Positions 31,666-42,092 of a stretch of 64,000 nucleotides of DNA are shown here, in pieces. Source of the DNA: Atribacterota bacterium (GTDB taxonomy: Bacteria > Atribacterota > Phoenicimicrobiia > Phoenicimicrobiales > Stramentimicrobiaceae); the NCBI GenBank assembly GCA_040767965.1, contig JAXGNR010000004.1, positions 608,001 to 672,000 on the forward strand. Direction: 5' to 3'. The notes beneath the pieces were generated by a model, which did not search any database, had not been told where the DNA came from, and saw nothing but the letters and a program-made list of their open reading frames with translations. Position 1 is the stretch's first letter. The number at the start of each line of letters is the position of its first letter. The translations under genes and the position numbers were made by a program.

Positions 31666-32805
31666 TTAATCTATAAATTCCAGAAAGGCAATATTAGCAA
31701 GAAAAACCCCTTTTTTTGTTAGATGATAATTTTTTTTTGTTTCTGAAAGCAATCCTTGTTTTTTTAAATATTCAAGTTGTTCTCCAAAAAAAGAGGCAGC
31801 AGGCATCTTAAACCGCTTATTGAAATTATTTTTTGAAAAACCTTTTAGCATTCTTAGAGACAATATTATCGTTTCAGACATTTCTTCTTTTAAAGGGAGT
31901 GTTTCCTGGTATTCAATTGGCAAGATATTCTGTTTTAATAAATTTATGTATTGTCCAAGATTACTGATATTCCTGAATCTGCTTTTATTTATATAGGATG
32001 TAGAAGATGCCCCAACTCCAAGATATTCATTATTTTTCCAGTATATTATATTATGGGAACATTTGAATCCTTTACGGGCAAAGTTTGATATTTCGTAGTG
32101 GTTATACCCTTCAGATTTAAGATAATTAATAGTTTTTGCATACATCTCATAAAAAGCATCAGATTCAGGAATGTTCAACAACCCTTTTTTATAAAGATGA
32201 TGAAAAGTTGTATTTGGTTCTACAGAAAGCCCATATGCGGAAATATGTTCAGGGGAAAGGGTTATTGCTGTTTTTAAAGAATCTAGCAAATCATTTATTG
32301 TCTGCCCTGGCAGGCCAAACATTAAATCAATATTTATATTATTAAAACCAACAGTTCTAGCGATTTGATAGCTGTTAAGAATATCCTTTTTATTATGTAT
32401 TCTGCCAATGTTAGATAATAAAGAATTATTGAATGATTGAGCACCAATACTAATTCTGTTTATTCCTGTTTTAATTAAATTAACTGCTTTCGAATAATTA
32501 AAAGTTGCCGGATTACTCTCGATAGTTATTTCGATGTTATTTTTGATTTTAAAATATTCAAAACATAAATAAATAATGCTGGAAATTTGTTTTTCTGTTA
32601 ATATGGTAGGGGTCCCCCCACCAATATATATAGAGGCAATATTAGGTTGATTGTATTTACTGCTGTATATCTTAATTTCTTTTTGCAATGCAGAAAGGTA
32701 TTTTTCTACAATATCCTCATTTTTAATTGTTTCAGAATAAAAATCGCAATATGGGCATTTTGAAATGCAAAAAGGAATATGAACATATAAACCTAAATTT
32801 TTCAT
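31666..32805 (-). CDS. hemW: Radical SAM heme chaperone HemW
   Basis: LYVHIPFCISKCPYCDF, GGGTPT, HYEISNFA, HNxxYW; lepA-hemW-hrcA synteny. Confidence 0.93.
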   Translation of the reverse strand: MKNLGLYVHIPFCISKCPYCDFYSETIKNEDIVEKYLSALQKEIKIYSSKYNQPNIASIYIGGGTPTILTEKQISSIIYLCFEYFKIKNNIEITIESNPATFNYSKAVNLIKTGINRISIGAQSFNNSLLSNIGRIHNKKDILNSYQIARTVGFNNINIDLMFGLPGQTINDLLDSLKTAITLSPEHISAYGLSVEPNTTFHHLYKKGLLNIPESDAFYEMYAKTINYLKSEGYNHYEISNFARKGFKCSHNIIYWKNNEYLGVGASSTSYINKSRFRNISNLGQYINLLKQNILPIEYQETLPLKEEMSETIILSLRMLKGFSKNNFNKRFKMPAASFFGEQLEYLKKQGLLSETKKNYHLTKKGVFLANIAFLEFID

Positions 32806-32816
32806 TTTTTGCTTTT

Positions 32817-34625
32817 CTAATTAATTTTTAAAACACTCATAAAGGCTTCTTGTGGTATTTCAACTTTTCCAACCCTCTTCATTCTTTTTTTACCAGCCTT
32901 TTGTTTTTCTAATAATTTTCTTTTTCTTGTTATGTCACCCCCGTAGCATTTTGCTAAAACATCTTTTTTTAATGCCCGAACTGTTGCACGGGCAATTATT
33001 TTTTGATTGATTTTTGCTTGAACAGGTACATCGAACATTTGTCTTGGGATGACAGTTTTAAGATTTTCTACAAGCTTTCTCCCTCTTTCGTGGGCTTTTT
33101 CTTTGTGACAGATAAAAGAAAGGTTATCTACCAATTCATAATTAACTAAAATATCCACTTTTATAAGAGGTGAGGCTTGATATCCAACTATCTGATAATC
33201 TATACTGGCATAACCTTTGCTGATTGATTTTAACTTATCATAAAAATCTAGCATAATCTCATTTAAAGGTAAGTGATATACTAAACGTGCTCTATCCTGA
33301 TCAATGTATTCTAAATTTTTGTAAACTCCCCTTTTTTCTTGTACAAGCTCCATAATTCCACCTAAAAATTGGCTTGGCAATACGAGTGTAAGCTCAACAA
33401 AAGGCTCTTCAATAAAGTCAATAGTATTAACTTCGGGTAAAGAAGAAGGATTGTTTATTTCAACCATCTGTCCGTTTTTCAGATGGATCCGATAGATAAC
33501 ACTGGGAGTTGTTGCAATTAACTGTATTTGATATTCTCTCTCTAATCTTTCCTGAATAATTTCCATATGAAGCAACCCTAAAAAACCACATCTAAAACCA
33601 AATCCCAAAGCTGGTGAACTTTCAGCGATATAACTGATAGCAGAATCATTTAAGCTTAGTTTTTCCAGGGCATATTTAAGATTATGATAATCATCGTTAT
33701 CAACAGGATAAAGACTGCAAAAAACCACAGGCGATATTTTTTTATAGCCAGGCAATCTTCTTTCAGCAGGATATTTAGCATCAGTTATTGTATCTCCCAC
33801 TTTGGTTAAAGATACTTCTTTAAATCCTGCAGTTAAATAACCAACTTCACCTACAGATAATTGCTCTACTTTTTTTCTTTTAGGGCTAAAGATACCTGTT
33901 TCAGTGACTTCATAAGTTAAATTGTCGGACATGGTTTTTATTTTCATACCAGGCTTTACCACCCCATTTACGATTCGAAGATAAACAATTGATCCCTGAA
34001 AAGAGTTATATACAGAATCAAATATTAAGGCTTGCAGAGGGTTTTTTATATTGCCTTGTGGTGGTGGTACAAATTCAATAATAGCTTCTAACATTTCTTT
34101 TATTCCGGCACCGCTTTTTGCACTGGTAAGAAAAACAGGACTACTTTCCAATCCTTTGATTTTTTTTATTTCTTCTTTCACCTTTTGCGGGTTAGCAGTC
34201 GGTAAATCTATTTTATTAATTATCACAATAATTTTTAGATTGTTTTCTAAAGCCATTTGCACGTTTGACAAGGTTTGTGCCTGTATACCTTGTGCAGCAT
34301 CGATAATCAGCAAGGCTCCTTCGCAGGCTGCCAGACTACGGGATACTTCATATGAAAAATCAACATGCCCGGGAGTGTCAATTAAGTTAAATACGTATTC
34401 TTGGCCATTATCAGCTTTATATAATAATCGAACAGCCTTAGATTTTATGGTAATACCCTTTTCTCTCTCTAAATCCATATCGTCTAAAACCTGATCTCTT
34501 TTTTCTCTGTCGCTGATTGTTTTGGTTAATTCCAATACTCTATCAGCAATGGTTGATTTGCCATGATCAATATGCGCGATTATAGAAAAATTTCGTATTT
34601 TTTCCATTTTAGTAATTTGTGTCAT
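32817..34625 (-). CDS. lepA: Elongation factor 4
   Basis: [48 protein letters not shown]. Confidence 0.99.
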   Translation of the reverse strand: MTQITKMEKIRNFSIIAHIDHGKSTIADRVLELTKTISDREKRDQVLDDMDLEREKGITIKSKAVRLLYKADNGQEYVFNLIDTPGHVDFSYEVSRSLAACEGALLIIDAAQGIQAQTLSNVQMALENNLKIIVIINKIDLPTANPQKVKEEIKKIKGLESSPVFLTSAKSGAGIKEMLEAIIEFVPPPQGNIKNPLQALIFDSVYNSFQGSIVYLRIVNGVVKPGMKIKTMSDNLTYEVTETGIFSPKRKKVEQLSVGEVGYLTAGFKEVSLTKVGDTITDAKYPAERRLPGYKKISPVVFCSLYPVDNDDYHNLKYALEKLSLNDSAISYIAESSPALGFGFRCGFLGLLHMEIIQERLEREYQIQLIATTPSVIYRIHLKNGQMVEINNPSSLPEVNTIDFIEEPFVELTLVLPSQFLGGIMELVQEKRGVYKNLEYIDQDRARLVYHLPLNEIMLDFYDKLKSISKGYASIDYQIVGYQASPLIKVDILVNYELVDNLSFICHKEKAHERGRKLVENLKTVIPRQMFDVPVQAKINQKIIARATVRALKKDVLAKCYGGDITRKRKLLEKQKAGKKRMKRVGKVEIPQEAFMSVLKIN

Positions 34626-36200
34626 CTTGTTCCATTTTCCCCTTAATGATTTTTCTAATTATGCTTTTCGAATTCCGGAATTCAGGTATGGATAATATTA
34701 TACCACTAATGTAGTATACTATTAAACCACCGGAAATAGATATTATCAATTGGAGGAATTGATTCAATTTAATATTTAAATCGATAAATGTCCCCACATA
34801 TTGCGAAATAAACCAGCAGGAAATTCCCATTATTATTGAAGCAAAGCTAATTTTATAAAAAAATAAGAGCAAATCATTAGAAAAGATACCATTTGTTTTG
34901 TTTTGCAGGGAATAACTTAAAACAATTAAATGAAGAATTGCTGCTAGTGAAGTGGCTAAAGCAATACCGGCATGTCCAAAATATCGCACTAAAGCCAAAT
35001 CCAGAATTATATTAAAAATTACTATATAAATACCTATCTTTAATGGTGTTTTGGTATCTTTTAAAGCATAAAAAGAGCTTATTACCAGCCGAAGTGCGGC
35101 AGTTGCAAATAAACCAACAGTGTAGCAGATTAAAGCTATTGTAGTTAAATCTGTGTCATTTGAGCCAAACAAGCCGTGTTCGTAGAAAAAACGTATAATA
35201 GGATAACTTAAAACAATCAACCCGACCATTGATGGAAGTACAAACAAAGAAAGTATTTTTATGCCAAAAGAAAAGCTTTCCTTCATTTCAGAGTGCTGAT
35301 TCCTTGATACATATCCGGACAAAGTCGGTAATATTGCAATCGATATAGCTATCCCAAAAACACCTAATGGAAACTGCATTAATCGATTTGCATAATAAAG
35401 GGCAGAAATACTACCATGAGATAAAAATGAAGCTATTATTCGATCTACAACGAAGTTTATTTTATCAATAGCTAAACCCAGAATGGCCGGTATTAGAAGA
35501 AAATAAAGTTTTTCATTCCAGGATCTTTGAAATCTATGATAAATTTGTAATGAAAATTTTTTTTAATTAATGGTGGTATATGAATTATTGTCTGAAAAAG
35601 CCCCCCCACTAAAACTCCTATTGCTAAACTATAAATACCAATTACTTTTGAATAAGTAAATGCAAAAAGGATTATTCCAATATTCAACATTGCAGGAGCA
35701 AATGCCGGTATAAAAAATTTTTTATAAGAATTTAAAATACCCATGAATAAAGCTGAAATTGCGGCGAATCCTATATATGGAAAAAGAATTCTGGTTAAAA
35801 CAACAGTTAATTCATATTTTTCCGGTTCATATTTAAATCCATGAGCTACGATATTAACAATAAATGGTGCACCAATTATTCCAAGAAAGATAATTATTAA
35901 AAGGATAACAACTAAAATATTTAAAACATTACTAGCAAAATAATCTGCTTTTCCCTGGTTTTTTTTGTTTAAATAGTCTGAAAAAACTGGAATAAAAGTG
36001 GCATTTAAAGCCCCTTCCCCTAAAAAGCTTCTCAAAAGATTAGGGATCATAAAAGCAACAAAAAAAGCATCTGTTGCTAGCCCTGCCCCAAACTGATTGG
36101 AAATCACCATCTCCCTGCCAAGTCCTAAAATTCTGCACAACAGCGTTGCCAGCATTACAATGCTAGTATACTTAGCTACTTTATAATTATTATTATTCAT
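34609..36200 (-). pseudogene. murJ: Lipid II flippase MurJ split by a 1-nt frameshift (probably an assembly homopolymer error)
   Basis: ORFs 35493-36200 (RILGLGRE, PNLLRSFLGEGAL) and 34609-35379 (QFPLGVFG) join into one frame (PGMKKLYFLLIPAILGLAIDKINFVVDRIIAS...YYANRLMQFP) if one A is added to the A5 run at 35509-35513. Confidence 0.9.
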
Positions 36201-36251
36201 TTAATTATTGATTACCTTTTCATAGTATAATTATGATTATACTATAATTGC

Positions 36252-36280
36252 TTGATTTTAATATCAAAAGATGTTAAAAT
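36252..36280 (+). promoter_or_regulatory. Promoter for rpsT
   Basis: TTGATT, 17-nt spacer, TAAAAT with extended TG. Confidence 0.6.
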
Positions 36281-36324
36281 TTATCTGCAAAATTATATCA
36301 GAAAGGGAATATGGTATCAAAAAT

Positions 36325-36636
36325 ATGCCAATAATTAAGTCAGCAATTAAAAGAGTCAAAATAGCAGAAAGACAAAGAATTAAGAATTTCGCATATAAAT
36401 CAAAAGTTAAAACTATAATTAAAAAATTCGAAAGTTCTTTAAACAGTGATAATTTGGAAAATGCAAATAACAATTATAAGCAATGTGTTTCTATTCTTGA
36501 TAAGGCATCTCAAAAAGGAATAATTCCAAAAAATACTGTCTCCAGAAAGAAATCTTTGCTTTCGAGAAAAATAAAAGATTTTGCCCAAAAAGCTGAAGCA
36601 AGTAATTTACAAGACATCAATGAAAATAAAGAATAA
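36325..36636 (+). CDS. rpsT: 30S ribosomal protein S20
   Basis: MPIIKSAIKR, DKASQKGIIPKNTVSRKKS; convergent with holA. Confidence 0.95.
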   Translation: MPIIKSAIKRVKIAERQRIKNFAYKSKVKTIIKKFESSLNSDNLENANNNYKQCVSILDKASQKGIIPKNTVSRKKSLLSRKIKDFAQKAEASNLQDINENKE

Positions 36637-36651
36637 CAAAATAAAATTATT

Positions 36652-37668
36652 TTATTTTGTTATTCTAATTATTAATTGTTCCAGGATTAAAACAGGATCA
36701 AAATATCCTGTTTTTAATTTTTTTTCTGCTTCTAATAAAAAACGATACGAATTTTTCAATCTACCTATAGAATAATTCTGAGACTGTTTAACCATTTTAT
36801 CTATAATAAATAACGGGAGATGTAATTCTCCCTTTATTTTTTTATAATCATCATTACATATCTTTATCTGAAGCAGTAATTTTATTTGTCTATAAATCAT
36901 TGATAATAAAATAAGTGGATGGTTATCATTGTCTTTCAGATATCTCAACATTTTAATAGCTAAAACAGTTTTTCTTTCTCCTATCGCATCTACAAATTCA
37001 AATATATTATTAGTTTCAGAGCCATAAAAGGTCTTTAACAAATGTTCAAGTGAGATTTTATGCTTAGACGGCTCGCTTTCTAAGTATAAAAATACCTTTT
37101 CCAATTCATTTTCAATCTGACTCAGGTTATTATCAGTTATTTTCTGTAAATAGAAAACAGCTTCTGAAGATATTTCCTTATTGTTTATTTTGCAAATCAG
37201 ATCAATCCATTGTTTTGCCTGATAATTTTTAGGTTTTTGCAATTTAATCACTAATCCATTTTTGTTTATCTCCCCTACAGGGGTGTTTTTTGATAGTTTA
37301 TTATCCAAGGTAAATAATAAAATATAAATATCATTATTTTTAAATGGCTGTTCTTTTATAAGTATATTTAGTTTATCAGTATAAACAGTTTTTATCTTTT
37401 CAATATTTTTTATTATTACTACCTGTTTTTCATAACCTAAAGGCAATATTTTAATTGAGTTAACCAATCTTTCAAAAACCAGGCTTTCGCCATAATAATA
37501 TTCAAAATTTACTTTATGATTTTTATCTAAAAAATATTTCCTAACACTATCTATAGCAAAATTCTGTAAATAATCTGCTTCCCCATAAAAAAGATAATTT
37601 GGTTTTAAAGATTTTTTTTGGATTTGGCTTTTGAATTGAAAAAAATCAATTTCAATATTTTTTTTCAT
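36652..37668 (-). CDS. holA: DNA polymerase III delta subunit
   Basis: YLFYGEADY, NELEKV, NIFEFVDAI, KLKTG; comEC-holA-rpsT synteny. Confidence 0.9.
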   Translation of the reverse strand: MKKNIEIDFFQFKSQIQKKSLKPNYLFYGEADYLQNFAIDSVRKYFLDKNHKVNFEYYYGESLVFERLVNSIKILPLGYEKQVVIIKNIEKIKTVYTDKLNILIKEQPFKNNDIYILLFTLDNKLSKNTPVGEINKNGLVIKLQKPKNYQAKQWIDLICKINNKEISSEAVFYLQKITDNNLSQIENELEKVFLYLESEPSKHKISLEHLLKTFYGSETNNIFEFVDAIGERKTVLAIKMLRYLKDNDNHPLILLSMIYRQIKLLLQIKICNDDYKKIKGELHLPLFIIDKMVKQSQNYSIGRLKNSYRFLLEAEKKLKTGYFDPVLILEQLIIRITK

Positions 37669-40009
37669 TGTTTTTCCTTAGAGTATTTATATAATAATTA
37701 CTACCATAAGTTTTTACGATAATAGTTCCATTTATATCTGTCCGAAAGATCTCTTTGCATTGTTGATCAAGCTTATTGAGCACATTTTCATGAGGATGGC
37801 CAAATGTATTTGAGCCAACCGAGATGATTGCTACTTTTGGATTAACTTGTTCAAGAAACAAGTCAGCTGTAGAGCTATTACTTCCATGATGAGCAACTTT
37901 TAGAATATCACTTTTAATTGGTATATTCAGGTCTAAGATTTTAAACTCGGATTCTTTTTCAATGTCACCGGTAAAAAGGAAGCGTGAATCTTTGTATTTT
38001 AATTTTAACACAATGGAATTATTATTAAAATCGGTTTCATTATTTTTGTTATCTGTTTTTGTTGGATTTAGTACAAACAACTCAGCAGAGCTGTTTATTT
38101 TTATAATGTCATCAAAGTTTGTTTGATAATGAAAGATTTTTTTGTTTCTTATTATAGAAATATATTCTTTGAAAATAGTGTTATCATAAAAATTGCCGTT
38201 ATCAATAACAGTTTTCACTTTTATCTCTTTCAAAATCGGCAATAAACCCTCTAGGTGATCCAGGTCCGGATGAGTTAAAAACACTATATCTATTTTTTTA
38301 ATTCCTTCTTTTCGTAAATATGGGATTACAATATTTTTGCCAACATCAAAATCATTAAACGGAGTCCCTCCCCCGTCAATCAAAATGATTTTATTTTGAG
38401 GAATTTTGATAAGAATACAATCCCCTTGCCCAACATTTATAAAGTGAACAGACAACGCAGAAGGAGAGAATATATTTATTGCTATAAAAACAATTAGTAT
38501 TGTAACAAGTACTTGTAATCTTTTTTTCTTTTCGTAAAAATTATAATCAGGCCAACTGTATAACATGGTAAATATAAAAAATAGTAAAATATAATAAAGA
38601 ATTATGGAATAGATTTTTGGTTTAGCTACATACTGGTATGCAAATGGAATTGAAGACAAGAATTCGCTAACAGCCAGAAAAACATTGCTAAATAAATTAA
38701 CAAACCAGGATATAAATATTGCCAGCTGGGGTATAAAAAAAGAAAAAAGGATAGAAATAATACTCAAAGTTAAGATTATACTTATTATTGGTATTATAAT
38801 TAAATTGGAAAAAATAGCTATTATTGATATTTTGTAAAAAAAATACGCTGACAAAGGCAGTAACCCTAACCAGGCAGCTAAAGATAATGATAGTGATTTT
38901 TTAAAATAATCAGGTAGAATATATGTTTTTTCTTCTATTATCGGAGAAAGAAGAACAATAAAAAAGGTAATTACAAATGAAAGCAGGAAACCACTATCAA
39001 AAAGATATAAAGGTTGCCATAAAAGTAAAAGAAGTGCAGATAAATAAAGACTATTAAAAAGATGATAAGGGCGATTCAGATATTTTGCAAAAACAAAAAT
39101 ACTAAACATGATTACTGCTCGAGAAACAGAAGGCCTGAAACCAGCTATTGCTGCATAGCCAATCAATACAATTGTTACTATCAGGTGTTTATAAATATTC
39201 CTCTGAGGGTTTTTATTAAATAAATTTAGAATAAACATTAAAAATAAAGCTATCAAGCCAACATGTAATCCGGAAATGGCAAGGATGTGCATTATTCCTG
39301 CGTCCTGAAAAATATCCAGCCATTCCCCTGCTATATTATTTCTATTCCCGATGATCATGGCTTTGATAAGACTGCTGTTCGGCGGAGCATACAATAAATC
39401 AATTTTCTGATTTATTTTTTCTTTTATAATATAAAGTACATTTGCATAGTTGAATTTATTTCCTTTTTTATGTACCCCTATCTGATTATTATCAATAAAG
39501 GAAGTTAAATATACTTTTTGCCTTTTCAAATACTCTCTATAATTGAATTCTCCAAAATTATTTGGTAGATCAGGTTTTTTTAAAAATACTTCAGCAAATA
39601 TTTCATCACCAGGGTTAATAGTATCAGTAAATTTATTATCTGCATTAACAACAGTCAATTGAATATTACCTGAAGTTGAGTATTTTTTTGAATTTATTAG
39701 AAATTCTTTTGTTTTTATGTATAGTTCCTGGCTTGAATTTATTTTATTTCCCACTTTGTAAACACTGCCTTTTACAATTCCTTCTTTTTCTGAAAAGTTC
39801 GAAATATGATTTTTGCCAGGGGGATTTAAGTTATAAGAGGAATTTATCATTCCAATGATGACAAAAGACAGTAAGATTAAGTAATTTAAAAGACGAGTTT
39901 TCTTTAGAAAAAAAGCAATAAAAATGAAAGTTAAATTTATGATAAATATAAAAAATAATTCGGAAAAATTAAAAATGTTGAAATTTGAACATAACAATAT
40001 ACCCAGCAT
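37652..40009 (-). CDS. comEC: DNA uptake channel ComEC/Rec2
   Basis: NFGEFNYREYL, HILAISGLHVG, metallo-beta-lactamase domain (NVGQGD, THPDLDH, KVAHHGS); 5' end uncertain. Confidence 0.95.
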   Translation of the reverse strand: MLGILLCSNFNIFNFSELFFIFIINLTFIFIAFFLKKTRLLNYLILLSFVIIGMINSSYNLNPPGKNHISNFSEKEGIVKGSVYKVGNKINSSQELYIKTKEFLINSKKYSTSGNIQLTVVNADNKFTDTINPGDEIFAEVFLKKPDLPNNFGEFNYREYLKRQKVYLTSFIDNNQIGVHKKGNKFNYANVLYIIKEKINQKIDLLYAPPNSSLIKAMIIGNRNNIAGEWLDIFQDAGIMHILAISGLHVGLIALFLMFILNLFNKNPQRNIYKHLIVTIVLIGYAAIAGFRPSVSRAVIMFSIFVFAKYLNRPYHLFNSLYLSALLLLLWQPLYLFDSGFLLSFVITFFIVLLSPIIEEKTYILPDYFKKSLSLSLAAWLGLLPLSAYFFYKISIIAIFSNLIIIPIISIILTLSIISILFSFFIPQLAIFISWFVNLFSNVFLAVSEFLSSIPFAYQYVAKPKIYSIILYYILLFFIFTMLYSWPDYNFYEKKKRLQVLVTILIVFIAINIFSPSALSVHFINVGQGDCILIKIPQNKIILIDGGGTPFNDFDVGKNIVIPYLRKEGIKKIDIVFLTHPDLDHLEGLLPILKEIKVKTVIDNGNFYDNTIFKEYISIIRNKKIFHYQTNFDDIIKINSSAELFVLNPTKTDNKNNETDFNNNSIVLKLKYKDSRFLFTGDIEKESEFKILDLNIPIKSDILKVAHHGSNSSTADLFLEQVNPKVAIISVGSNTFGHPHENVLNKLDQQCKEIFRTDINGTIIVKTYGSNYYINTLRKNNEKKY

Positions 40010-40067
40010 ATAAAAAATCAGTATAGTTAAAGCTGGTTTTTGTAATCCAGAAAAAAAGCTCCTTCTT

Positions 40068-40730
40068 TTAATAGACAGTTATATACTCCTTGATACTTTC
40101 AAATCTTTTTTCTCCAATACCCGTGACTTCCATTAAATCTTCTCTTTTAGAAAACAAACCGTTACTATTGCGGTATTCTAAAATACGTTGAGCTAAAACA
40201 GGACCGATTCCAGGCAGTGTTTCCAATTGGGAAGATGAGGCCGAGTTAAGATTTAGAGCATTTCTTGAAAAAGAGGAGGATTGTTCTTCATGTTCTGAAG
40301 GCATATCTACCATATTACTTTTTACGCTTAAGATGCCTGTTCCTTCCTTTTGAATTAGATATGGAACATTTATTTTTTGTCCGTCATAAATGTGTGCAGC
40401 CAGGTTAATGGCATGAATATTAGAATTGCCCTTCTCTCCTCCAGCCATTTTAATAGCATCAATAATTCTTGCATTGCTGTTAAGCTGATAAACACCAGGT
40501 TTATTTACTGCTCCAGATATATGAATTATGCAAATATCTTCCTGTATTTCATTTTCTTTTCTGAAAATATCTTCTTCAGTAAGTCCATCGTTAATTTCAT
40601 CATTAGGAACAGCCGAGATTATTTGAATGTCATTTTTGTTTTGATTAAATGCAATCCAGCTAAATACAGATAAAGCAATTATTATTAAGAATATATAAAT
40701 TATTTTGTCTTGTCTGGAAAGGTTCAACAT
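40068..40730 (-). CDS. comEA: Competence DNA receptor ComEA
   Basis: N-terminal TM helix, SLBB domain (HISGAVNKPGVY), HhH motifs (LPGIGPVLA, VTGIGEK). Confidence 0.93.
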   Translation of the reverse strand: MLNLSRQDKIIYIFLIIIALSVFSWIAFNQNKNDIQIISAVPNDEINDGLTEEDIFRKENEIQEDICIIHISGAVNKPGVYQLNSNARIIDAIKMAGGEKGNSNIHAINLAAHIYDGQKINVPYLIQKEGTGILSVKSNMVDMPSEHEEQSSSFSRNALNLNSASSSQLETLPGIGPVLAQRILEYRNSNGLFSKREDLMEVTGIGEKRFESIKEYITVY

Positions 40731-40775
40731 AACAAAAATATCCTTTTACTATTTTCCTTGCCTCTTTTTTCTCAT

Positions 40776-42092
40776 CTATTTAATCAGGTAATTTTTTATA
40801 AAAAACTCTTTTGCCTCTCCTACGGTATAAAGAGATCCGGTTATACAGATAATGTCTTCATTTTTTGCAATAGAAAAAGCTTTTTTAATTGCAAGATCAA
40901 CACTAATTTCTTGAAAAATATTGTTTTTATCTATGTATTTTTCAGATTCTTCAGCAAGTATCGAAGTGGGTGTTGCTCTTTTGTTTTGTGCCATTGTTAA
41001 CACTACATTATCTACAAAAGGAATAACATTTTTAATAATATTCCTGTAATCTTTATCCATAAATACACCAATTACAGCGACTATCTTTTTATCAGGTAAA
41101 TATCTTTTTAATTCTTCCATAAATTTCTTAACACCATCAGGATTATGGGCACCATCTAAAATAGTTAATGGTTCTTTGAAAACTATTTCAAATCTTCCAG
41201 GCCAGTTAGTGTTTTTCAATCCATCCCTGATATTTTTTTCACTAATAAAATAACCAGTTGACATAAGAACTTCTGCAGTAGCAATTGCCAGGGAAGCATT
41301 TTCTGCTTGATAGCTTCCTCGCAAAGGAATATCCATACTTATATATTTATTTTGCAAACCAGAATAGTTTAAATTGCTACCGTCAATACTTGATTTATTT
41401 ATTGAATAGATTATTTCTTTTCCAACGCGATAGAATTCAGAGTTCATTTTATTAGCCATTTCTACTAATACATTTTCAGCCTCCAATGATTGCTGAGCAA
41501 TTAAAACAGGTGTATTTTTTTTGATTATTGATCCTTTTTCCCATGAAATAGCTGATAAGGTATTTCCTAATTGGTCCATATGATCATAATCGATATTTGT
41601 GATTACAGAGACAATAGGTTTGCAGACATTTGTGGCATCAAGTCTTCCTCCTAATCCTGTTTCAATTACAGCAAAATCAACATTTTGATCATGAAAATAT
41701 AAAAATGCCATAGTTGTAATTACTTCAAAAAAAGTAGGATGCTGATAACCTTCTGTTTTGGCAACTTTTTGTATAGCTGGCTTTAACCTTTCCAGTAAAT
41801 CACAAATATCTTTTTTGGATATCATTTTACCATTAATTCTGAATCTTTCTTGAAAGTTTACTAGATGTGGTGACGTATATAGCCCTGCTTTGTATTTTGC
41901 AGATTTCAATATGGTTGAAATCATTGCAGCAGTAGACCCTTTCCCATTTGTCCCGGCAATATGAATGGTCTTATTCTTTAAATGGGGATTGTCAAAAAGG
42001 CTTAACAGGTAAGTAATATTATTTAAACCCAGTTTCATTCCATATTTATTTAGATCATAAATATAATTGATAGCTTTTTGATATCTTGTCAT
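40776..42092 (-). CDS. folC: Folylpolyglutamate/dihydrofolate synthase
   Basis: HIAGTNGKGST, YTSPHL, ETGLGGRLDATN, WPGRFE, DGAHN. Confidence 0.97.
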   Translation of the reverse strand: MTRYQKAINYIYDLNKYGMKLGLNNITYLLSLFDNPHLKNKTIHIAGTNGKGSTAAMISTILKSAKYKAGLYTSPHLVNFQERFRINGKMISKKDICDLLERLKPAIQKVAKTEGYQHPTFFEVITTMAFLYFHDQNVDFAVIETGLGGRLDATNVCKPIVSVITNIDYDHMDQLGNTLSAISWEKGSIIKKNTPVLIAQQSLEAENVLVEMANKMNSEFYRVGKEIIYSINKSSIDGSNLNYSGLQNKYISMDIPLRGSYQAENASLAIATAEVLMSTGYFISEKNIRDGLKNTNWPGRFEIVFKEPLTILDGAHNPDGVKKFMEELKRYLPDKKIVAVIGVFMDKDYRNIIKNVIPFVDNVVLTMAQNKRATPTSILAEESEKYIDKNNIFQEISVDLAIKKAFSIAKNEDIICITGSLYTVGEAKEFFIKNYLIK

